A DNA stretch of 64,000 bases, taken from contig JBJEGD010000026.1 of NCBI GenBank assembly GCA_051874735.1, positions 166,815-230,814 on the forward strand. Reading direction: 5' to 3'. Below are positions 36,847-44,877 of this stretch, piece by piece. Source of the DNA: Candidatus Bruticola sp. Its GTDB lineage: Bacteria > Vulcanimicrobiota > Xenobia > Xenobiales > Xenobiaceae. Within the stretch, counting starts at the first letter, position 1. Each line of letters opens with the position of its first letter. A program made the position numbers and the translations under genes. A model generated the notes under the pieces. The model saw only the letters and a list, made by a program, of their open reading frames with translations. It made no database searches and was not told the DNA's origin.

Positions 36847-38070
36847 CTATTCAGCTTTCTGCTGCTGGTTATACTTATCCATGATAGAGTCGTAGTAATT
36901 GAGTACTTGGCGTACATATTTGCGTCTCTCAACGTAAGGACCTGAGAAGAAGCTGCGCTTGAAACCGTAGACGATCGTATCGCGCAGCTGTCTGGCTGTG
37001 AGATCGAAGTTGTTGAGGGCTTGCTCAACTTCATCGGTAACGGTTGTGTGGCTGACTAAGCGGTTATCCGTGCATAAGGTGGCTGACAGGTTGTTAGCCA
37101 GCATTTTACCGAAGGCATGGTTCTTAACCGAGCCAATAGAGGGGTTTGTCTGCATATTGCTGGTAATGCACACTTCGATAGTGGTGCGACTGTCAGCAAT
37201 GTGACGAATGAGGCGCTTTATGTATTGCTGAGGATCGGCAACATTAGGCCCACAGAGATCGGCAGAGAAGAGATGGTAGCCGTGACCTATGCGGTCGGCA
37301 TGCAGATCGGTAATAGCTTGGAAAATACTTTCTGGTCCGTAAGCTTCGCCTGCATGTACAGTTTTATGCATGAAGTTTTTATGAACATAATGGTAAGCTG
37401 CCTCATGATCGCTGGCAGGATGGCCCGCTTCAGCGCCGGCTAAGTCGAAGCCTACAATGGGAATACCTTCCTCGTCGCGCATGCGAACAACAGCTCTGGC
37501 TAATTCTAAAGACGCCATTGAATAAATTTCTTTGGAGGGAGCCTCTCTAAAGACGTCCATCAACTTCGCATAATAAGGCGAACTAGCTGCTACAAAGAAG
37601 CGCATAGCACAGGTAATAAGGCCGTAGTGGAAAGGAGGTTCGCCTTTTTCTGCTACAGCAGGAGAGGAATTGTACTCGGCCTCTGCTTTGGCAAAACCTC
37701 TGTTAACGGCACGGATAATGCGTTCTAAAGTTAGGTTGTTGTTAATATGGAGTTGAGGAGCAAAGCGGGTTTCAATATAGCGCACGCCTTCGTTAATGTT
37801 GTCCCAGGCCAATTCGTAAGCACTGCGCTCTAAAGCTTCTTCATCGTTCAACACGGCGCAAGTGTAGTCGAAGCCCTGCAAATACTCTACCAAGCTGTTG
37901 TAATGCGAGCGGAATACTAATTCATTCATGCCTTCTTCCGTATAGGAAGGTAGCTCAACGTTGCGCTCTTTAGCTAATTCAATTAAGGTGCTTAGACGCA
38001 AAGAACCATCGAGGTGCAAGTGCAGGTCAGATTTAGGAAGGGCACGGATAATCTCGCGGGGTAATATCAT
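36847..38070 (-). CDS. add: Adenosine deaminase family protein
   Basis: PKSDLHLHLDGS, VGFDLAGAE, TVHAGE, RIGHG, EVCITSN, LCTDN. Confidence 0.92.
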   Translation of the reverse strand: MILPREIIRALPKSDLHLHLDGSLRLSTLIELAKERNVELPSYTEEGMNELVFRSHYNSLVEYLQGFDYTCAVLNDEEALERSAYELAWDNINEGVRYIETRFAPQLHINNNLTLERIIRAVNRGFAKAEAEYNSSPAVAEKGEPPFHYGLITCAMRFFVAASSPYYAKLMDVFREAPSKEIYSMASLELARAVVRMRDEEGIPIVGFDLAGAEAGHPASDHEAAYHYVHKNFMHKTVHAGEAYGPESIFQAITDLHADRIGHGYHLFSADLCGPNVADPQQYIKRLIRHIADSRTTIEVCITSNMQTNPSIGSVKNHAFGKMLANNLSATLCTDNRLVSHTTVTDEVEQALNNFDLTARQLRDTIVYGFKRSFFSGPYVERRKYVRQVLNYYDSIMDKYNQQQKAE

Positions 38071-38485
38071 ATATTCTGTCTTTATCCTCCGTTTTACCTC
38101 CTGACCTTCTATCGAATAATGATTTTTTCCTGCCTAAATAATCCTGTACTTTGTGGGGCATTGTAGAAAAAACGGCCGATAGCTCTGACGGTAGTACAAT
38201 AAAACATTAGGCAGCCAGCACGATAAGTTTTAATATTATTACTTGCATTTTGGGCTGCTTTACGGGTAAAGGAAAATCGTATTTGATTAGAAATAAATAG
38301 CCAGTTTACTGCAGTGCAGCTTCTTTAGGGATACCTATGGGTCGGAACATTCGCAGTTTATTGTTTGGTTCGCCAAAATAAAGCTTGTCAGCAACAATTT
38401 TTTTTGTTGGAGATAACTTAGTAGATATTATTGTACGCTTTTGATTGGAAAGTGAGGTTTTTAACCTGAAAGACATACTTTATGT

Positions 38486-39100
38486 ATGGCTGCAGGGAAT
38501 AACTTGATGAAAAAAAATAGTGACGTAGATAGTTCTCTCTGTGCTGATCTTCGATCGCTGTCTAGGGCTATAACGCGTCTTTATAACACTTATATGCCCA
38601 AAATTTCGGTTAACCGCAAACGCAGTGGCAGTTTCGGAGGCAATTTCCGAGTACAGTTGCCGATCAGAGTCACTCAAGTGTCTGTTTTGGAAGCTCTTAA
38701 CGACCTCAGCTGGTGCTGTTCCGATTGTTTGCCCGAGGATAAAGATGGAGTTTCTCAAGTTGATTTAGCCCAGCATTTGGGTATTGACACTGCTACTATG
38801 TGCCGCAACATGAGAGTTTTAGTGCATGAAAATGCCTGGGCAGAGGAAAGGCTAAACAAAAAATCCGGACGCGGTAAGTTGCTAAACATTAGTGAGACTG
38901 GACGCATGGCACTTCAAGAAGCTCGTCCCAGAATTACTCGCCTAGATGCTGAAATTAAGCGGAGAATTCGTGCTAAGGGAATCGATATAGAAAGACTGTC
39001 CCAAGATCTCTGTGTCGTTGGAGAAGTGCTAAAAGAAATGGAATCTATAGATAAAAACAGCGGCTTTTCTGAAGGTGGTTTTTCTCAAATATCTGAATAA
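38486..39100 (+). CDS. MarR-family transcriptional regulator with Cys-containing insertion
   Basis: LCADLRSLSRAITRLYN; wHTH SQVDLAQHLGIDTATMCRNMRVL; ISETGR. Confidence 0.8.
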   Translation: MAAGNNLMKKNSDVDSSLCADLRSLSRAITRLYNTYMPKISVNRKRSGSFGGNFRVQLPIRVTQVSVLEALNDLSWCCSDCLPEDKDGVSQVDLAQHLGIDTATMCRNMRVLVHENAWAEERLNKKSGRGKLLNISETGRMALQEARPRITRLDAEIKRRIRAKGIDIERLSQDLCVVGEVLKEMESIDKNSGFSEGGFSQISE

Positions 39101-39175
39101 CTAAAAACTTAATTTCTAGTTAGAAGATAGTTGATTCTTCCAAAACAAGGCAGCTGTTGAGGACGGCAAATAAAA

Positions 39176-39216
39176 ACCGATCCTGTTTGGTGCACTATTG
39201 AGGCAACAGGATCGGT
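39176..39216. terminator. Bidirectional terminator between convergent genes
   Basis: ACCGATCCTGTT ... AACAGGATCGGT 12-bp inverted repeat flanked by A- and T-tracts. Confidence 0.8.
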
Positions 39217-39222
39217 CTATTT

Positions 39223-39885
39223 TTACTTAGTAGGCAAATTTTTGATATTGACTTTGGCAGTGGATTGAGCTGCCTGATTGTTTTTGCCTTTTTTATTCGT
39301 TTGATTTTGTGGATTAACTTTAACTACCGCTGAGCCTGGTTGAACTGGCCGAGGGTTGCTTGGAACTACTGCCTGAGGTTCTTGAGGCTTTACTGGAGCT
39401 GGAGACGAAGGTACCACTGCTTCCGGATCGCTAGGTTTTACTGGCGATGGAGCAGTGGGAACTCCTGGTTTAGGGGGAATTGGAATGCCCGCTCTAGGAG
39501 TTTGAGGAGGCTTAGAACCAGTTTCCCCTGAGGGCGGCTTGGTCATTTTTCCTGATACACTTGATGAATTGCCGTTTTCATCGTAAGCATTTTTAATCAG
39601 AGACGCCTCTACCTCTGGAGCAGGTTCCCCAGGCTGAAGTTCTGGATTACTATTGAATTGGACTAGTGTTTCCGCTGTTGCAGAAGAAGGATTCGAGCTG
39701 GGAACAGGAGTCGCCTCAATATATTTAGGCGTTGGGTTGGGAGGCTTGTTTGAAGCCTCCTGGGAAGTGATTACAGATGGATTTGTTCCTTCTGCTGGGG
39801 ATGAATTCGGTGCAGCACAAGAAATGGCCCCCATACTTAGTACCAGAGAACCGATTAGAAGCTTTACAATAGAATTATATCTCAT
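39223..39885 (-). CDS. Pro-rich disordered lipoprotein
   Basis: Signal with lipobox-like GAIS|C; Pro/Ser-rich; internal 16-aa repeats. Confidence 0.7.
   Translation of the reverse strand: MRYNSIVKLLIGSLVLSMGAISCAAPNSSPAEGTNPSVITSQEASNKPPNPTPKYIEATPVPSSNPSSATAETLVQFNSNPELQPGEPAPEVEASLIKNAYDENGNSSSVSGKMTKPPSGETGSKPPQTPRAGIPIPPKPGVPTAPSPVKPSDPEAVVPSSPAPVKPQEPQAVVPSNPRPVQPGSAVVKVNPQNQTNKKGKNNQAAQSTAKVNIKNLPTK
39331..39455 (-). repeat. Degenerate 48-bp coding tandem repeat (about 2.5 copies)
   Basis: PVKPSDPEAVVPSSPA / PVKPQEPQAVVPSNPR / PVQPGSAVV. Confidence 0.7.
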
Positions 39886-39969
39886 ATTTTTATTTGCTTC
39901 CTAATTTTTTAAGATACAAACCTGCAGCTGTATTCGCAGCTGAAGCCTGAGAAATTAAAGATTACTGAG

Positions 39970-41676
39970 TTATTTAAGAAAAAGCTTGGCAAAAGCCTTT
40001 GGACTTAAAGGCTCTCCAGTAGCTTCTTTGCACATTTCTTGCCAGTTGGTACGATTGCCGACGGAAAATACCTTTTCACGCAAATAATTGCCCGCTTTAG
40101 GTTCGTTGTAGAAAGAAGTGTCTAAAGGATTTTCCTTGCCAATGATGTTCTTAGCCATATAATTGTACAACTGCGATGCGAAAAGGTCGCCCATCATGTA
40201 GTTGTGATAGTAAACTGGAGCACCAACTATATGCATTTTAGCGCCGTAATCTTGGCCAGACATACTTATAGGCGGAGCTTGCAGCTGGTATTTAGCTTTC
40301 AAATCCCACCAAAGTTTATTCAGATCCTGATTGGGGTTGGCATACATTTCCTTCTCAAAGTGGAGCATAGTCTGAGTCCAGCGGCTGAAAATAAGGCGCT
40401 CGGAACGCAGCAGACGCCATGAAGCTTTTGAATAGTTGTCTAGCTCTTGGCCGCTGAGTCCAACAACATTATGCAGAAAATCTGGAGTGCGTGTCATTTC
40501 ACCCATAAACATAGCGAAACCTTCGGTGGTTAAAATGTGGGCTGGAGTTCGCAACAAATAAGGTTGGGCAGGATCAATATATTGATCGTAGAGGCCGTGT
40601 CCCAGTTCATGATTAATCGTATCCATCCAGGCGCCGTTGGGTTTTATGTTGCATAGCACGCGGATATCTTGTTCCCTGTCTATGCAAGTTTCGAAAGCAT
40701 GAGGACTTTTGCCGTTGCGTTCATAAAGATCGCTGCGGGATATAATTTTGCTGGGATCCATACCTAAACTAACATAGTATTTAGTGGACAGGGCGACTGG
40801 GTCTTTATCTTTATAAATATCGTCAAGATTTAGTCCGTTTTCTTTAAGTTCCGGCGCTTCTTGGAAGAAGAGATCGCCTAAATGCCAAGGACGAACGGCT
40901 TCATTATCTTTAAGACCGAAACGTTTGCGCTGGTAAGTGTCAATCTCTTGTTTTAGTTCGGTAAATGGAGCTTTAGTTAGTTTGTCCAGTTCGTCAAAAG
41001 TGTCAAACAGCTCTTTCTCATCGAACTCTTGCATATCAAGTTGCATGGCAAAGAAGTCGCGGTAGCCAAGCTGCCTAGCCATTTTATTGCGCAACTTAAC
41101 TAAATCTTTTAGAGGCGCAGAAACTTTTTGGCCTACTTCCATATAGCCCAACCAAGCTTGACGCACTTTATCATTATTATCGCTCTCTGCAATAATTTTG
41201 CGCACATCATTTTCCGTTAACTTCTGGCCGTTGACTAAGCTACGGTGAGTATTAAAAATTTTATCAACTTCAGCTTCTCTAGAAATTATTTTAGAAGTAA
41301 TGTCGGGATCAGCCTGATAAGGCAGATAAGCGTAGTATATTATGTCTAATTCTCTAGCTTCAGTAGGATCGGTAATCGCTTTAGATTGGCGCAGCTTTTG
41401 TAAGTCGGAGAAAGTTTTTTTATCTTGATGGAGAGCAGCCATGGCGTTATCTGCTTTTTCACGCCTGGCGTAAGCTTCATCTGAACCGGTGGTTGATGAC
41501 TCCCACCAGGCCTCGTTAGCTTCTTTTTCTAAAGGTTTTATTTGGCTTATATATCGATCGCGTATAGCGGCAAACTGCTGTTGGGGAGTGGGGGGCACCG
41601 CTTGCACCATCGTTCCACCTAAAATTGCTGCTCCTAGTACGGCAGCTGCAGCAGCAAAGCGAAATTTTTTAGACAT
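39970..41676 (-). CDS. Secreted gluzincin metallopeptidase (M2 ACE-like / M3-like)
   Basis: Sec signal ending MVQA|VP; HELGH plus downstream TEG third ligand; LNKLWWDLKAKYQ; KMHIVGAPVYYHNY. Confidence 0.85.
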   Translation of the reverse strand: MSKKFRFAAAAAVLGAAILGGTMVQAVPPTPQQQFAAIRDRYISQIKPLEKEANEAWWESSTTGSDEAYARREKADNAMAALHQDKKTFSDLQKLRQSKAITDPTEARELDIIYYAYLPYQADPDITSKIISREAEVDKIFNTHRSLVNGQKLTENDVRKIIAESDNNDKVRQAWLGYMEVGQKVSAPLKDLVKLRNKMARQLGYRDFFAMQLDMQEFDEKELFDTFDELDKLTKAPFTELKQEIDTYQRKRFGLKDNEAVRPWHLGDLFFQEAPELKENGLNLDDIYKDKDPVALSTKYYVSLGMDPSKIISRSDLYERNGKSPHAFETCIDREQDIRVLCNIKPNGAWMDTINHELGHGLYDQYIDPAQPYLLRTPAHILTTEGFAMFMGEMTRTPDFLHNVVGLSGQELDNYSKASWRLLRSERLIFSRWTQTMLHFEKEMYANPNQDLNKLWWDLKAKYQLQAPPISMSGQDYGAKMHIVGAPVYYHNYMMGDLFASQLYNYMAKNIIGKENPLDTSFYNEPKAGNYLREKVFSVGNRTNWQEMCKEATGEPLSPKAFAKLFLK

Positions 41677-42297
41677 ATATCTTCCTCTTTTATGACAATT
41701 TAGGCTAATAGTGTACCTTCAATTCTTTGGTAATTTTTCTTTTTAAGTCAATTCCTTTTTTTTTGCATTAAGGTCAACCTAAGCGACTTAACCGATAACA
41801 TGCAGTCAATCGCCTAATCACATAATAACCGTGTTTAATATGCAGTTTCCTGTTTGTTTTGCGCATATGATGTCAACAATATTTCTAAAATGATTTTTGT
41901 TTATAATTTTTTTAATAAAAATAAAAAAATGGTTACTTATTATGGTAGGCATGATTGGAGTGTTTAGTAGTCAAGTTCATTTGTATGTGTCCATGCAGAT
42001 TGAGCTTCAATAAATAAGCATAAAGTTTATCTTGTAACAATTGATTGCAAAAATCAGTGTTAAACAGTTTTTGATTACGATTTGATCGTTTATTAGGCTT
42101 CTTGTATGCCTAAAAACTTTGTTCGGCTTAGTAAATTCAGTTGCAAAATAGATTGTAACTGAAACGATTTGATAATTGACGCATATTTCTCTTTGTCGGC
42201 TATGCACGCTGGGTAGTTAATGAATTTGTTTACGGGTAGTTTGTCTGTATTTTCATAGAAAAGTATGAGTTTTTGTTGAGGAGGTAGCGTTGCTGTA

Positions 42298-44793
42298 ATG
42301 ATTAATATGTCTTTTGAGGTAGAAGCTGCCAGTTATGAGCCTCTTCCAGTGAAATATTTAAAGGTTGAGCGGTTACCTGAGCACGATGAAAGAGTGAAAT
42401 CGCTATCTAATTATCTGCCATCTAGCCAACAGCGTTTTTTTTTAGATAAGGTTTATCCATTTACTTATTATTTCCACTGTCAGCAGAAGCGTCACAGTGG
42501 AGAACCATATATTGTACATCCGATTTCTGTAGCCGAAATTTTGTCAAAATATCAGGTCGATTTGCCGACTTTGTCTGCTGCTCTTATGCACGACGTATAT
42601 GAAGATCATAGCGATGAAATTTCTTTAAGTGAGATACGATGTTACTTCGGCTGCAATATTTGTAATATGGAGGATGGATTAACTAAAATAGGTATTGCTG
42701 CTTCCAAAAATCGCCGAGAAACGGCTGCCCTGAGAGAACAACTTCCCAAAGATCGTATAGATTCTATCGCCAATCAAAATATATACAATTCGATTTCCAA
42801 GCTTGGGGGGCAGCAAGAAGGGAGCTATTCCCAAACTTCTCCCGAAGAAGCGGCAGCTAGAGCAAAGCGTATAAAAATTGCCAACAAAAATGCTTCTTTA
42901 GCTAAATTACTTCTGGGGATAGCTTCAGACCCACGCGTTATTTTGATTAAGCTGGCTGATAGACTCGATAATATGCGTACTTTGGACAGCTTGAGACCTG
43001 ACAAACAGCAGAGAATAGCCAGAGAAACTTTAGAGTTCTTCTGTCCCATAGCCGATCGTTTCGGAGTTTGGGAAATAAAAAAAGAATTGGAAGATTTGTG
43101 TTTTCGTTATCTTTACAAAAATATATACAATAATTTCAAAAAACAGGCAGAATTAGTTCGGGCCAAGAGACGAGGCAGTCTTGAAAAGACTGCTGAAAGA
43201 ATTAGAAATCTACTAAACAGCAAATCTGTTGCTGCTGAAGTCCATATTAAAGACAGTAGTTTATATACCGTTTTCAGGCGGATGGAAAACCATGGACAAA
43301 CTTCCATCGATGATGTTATAGGCTTGAGTTCTATTGTCATAGTTGCCGATAGCGAATCTTCCTGTTATACCGTAGAAGGACTTATTAAGAGTAATCTTTC
43401 TTTCTGTGGCAGCAGTTTCTATAAAGATTACATATCTTTGCCAAAGGCCAATAAATATAAGGCTATTCACATGGCTGTTTGGTCTGAAAGGCATATTACT
43501 AAAATACGTATATTCTCAGCTCAAGATCTTGAAATAAACAATATAGGCGTTTTTTCCGAGTTTAAAGGGTTGCCTTCAAGTTTGGAAGATAGCGATGTCA
43601 GCCGAATTATCAGTAAAAAATGGGCTACTTGGATTCAATCTTTGAGAGCTTTGCACGACGTCGCCGCTGAAAATACCGATTTTCTTGATTGGGCTATGAG
43701 CGGTACGCTGACCCACTCAATTACTTGTTTTACCTCCTGCGGTGACATGGTTAACCTGCCTATAGGGGCGACTCCGCTCGACTTCGCTTTTGCTCTTAAT
43801 GTAGATTTGGGATTAAAGTGTGAAGGTGCGCTGGTAAACGATCAATCAGTATCTTGTTTAGATTATAAACTTAAGGATAACGATTTTGTCAAAATTATCA
43901 GTTCTGATTCGGTGATTATACAACGCAGTTGGTTCGATTGTTGTTGCACTCCGGAAGCTCGTTCTGCTCTTAGTACCTGGTATAAAAATAATTACAGCGC
44001 TGAGTCCAATCGTGCCTACGGGCAAAAATTGCTAACATCTGTTTTGATTAAAGCTAATCTTCCCGGTATGCAAAACAACGAAGAGTTTTTGAAACAATTA
44101 GCTCAAAAATGCACCTGTCCTTCCGTGCAGGAAATGTTGGAAATGATTGGCACTCGCCGCATTAGTCTAAAATTCGTTCGTGAACAGTTAAACGACTGTT
44201 TAAGTACTTATCGAAATGGCCGCGAAGACTGCGATCGGATGACAGAAAATAGCGATATCTCAGCTCTGGTGCACATACGTCGCTTTGATCGTTTCAAAGT
44301 TTGTGCTTGCAGTGAGTGTCTGCCTTTAATAGGCGACGATATTTTCGTTATGGGAGCGGCTCCTGGACAGCTGATTTTACATCGACGTGGCTGCGCGGAT
44401 GCTGAAAAAAAATTACTCCTAGCTACTCAGAGTAGCGCTAGGCAAGATGCTACTCTTCCTGTTAAGAGCACCGAATTAAGGCGCGATCTGGAGCCGCTAG
44501 TCATTCATGAAAATGCCTCTTGGTTGGAAGACAGTCATTCCAATGTGTCTGATCTCGGGCTGAGAGCTGAATTGACTGTAAAATCGGTCTACAGTTTTTC
44601 TTTAGCAGCAGAAATCATTGTGTGCTGTAACGATCGCGATGAAAAAATTTATAACCTAAAATTAGACAATAATTTTGTTGGAGGAGCTTCTAGTTTGAGT
44701 ATGCTTGTTGGAGTATCCAGCCTCAGCGAATTGGAAAGTCTGATTTCGTGTATAAAAAAGATAGATGGTGTCGTTGAAGTAACGCGTATTTAA
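42298..44793 (+). CDS. Long RelA/SpoT homologue 1: intact HD hydrolase, degenerate synthetase, TGS-ZFD-ACT
   Basis: RHSGEPYIVHP, HDVYED, KLADRLDNMRTL; synthetase motifs altered (GLSSIVI, YKAIHM, TKIRIFS); LPIGATPLDFAF TGS. Confidence 0.9.
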   Translation: MINMSFEVEAASYEPLPVKYLKVERLPEHDERVKSLSNYLPSSQQRFFLDKVYPFTYYFHCQQKRHSGEPYIVHPISVAEILSKYQVDLPTLSAALMHDVYEDHSDEISLSEIRCYFGCNICNMEDGLTKIGIAASKNRRETAALREQLPKDRIDSIANQNIYNSISKLGGQQEGSYSQTSPEEAAARAKRIKIANKNASLAKLLLGIASDPRVILIKLADRLDNMRTLDSLRPDKQQRIARETLEFFCPIADRFGVWEIKKELEDLCFRYLYKNIYNNFKKQAELVRAKRRGSLEKTAERIRNLLNSKSVAAEVHIKDSSLYTVFRRMENHGQTSIDDVIGLSSIVIVADSESSCYTVEGLIKSNLSFCGSSFYKDYISLPKANKYKAIHMAVWSERHITKIRIFSAQDLEINNIGVFSEFKGLPSSLEDSDVSRIISKKWATWIQSLRALHDVAAENTDFLDWAMSGTLTHSITCFTSCGDMVNLPIGATPLDFAFALNVDLGLKCEGALVNDQSVSCLDYKLKDNDFVKIISSDSVIIQRSWFDCCCTPEARSALSTWYKNNYSAESNRAYGQKLLTSVLIKANLPGMQNNEEFLKQLAQKCTCPSVQEMLEMIGTRRISLKFVREQLNDCLSTYRNGREDCDRMTENSDISALVHIRRFDRFKVCACSECLPLIGDDIFVMGAAPGQLILHRRGCADAEKKLLLATQSSARQDATLPVKSTELRRDLEPLVIHENASWLEDSHSNVSDLGLRAELTVKSVYSFSLAAEIIVCCNDRDEKIYNLKLDNNFVGGASSLSMLVGVSSLSELESLISCIKKIDGVVEVTRI

Positions 44794-44877
44794 GCAGAAA
44801 GAATAGTCTTTTTTTATAGATATATCTCAACAACTAAATCATATATCAATTTACAAAAAGAAAGGTTAGCTAGTTCT

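Noticed and set aside
41769-41798. Possible sigma28 promoter (TAAG...ACCGATAA) upstream of the RSH cluster
   Set aside because: Spacer is 18 nt rather than about 15 and both boxes are imperfect.
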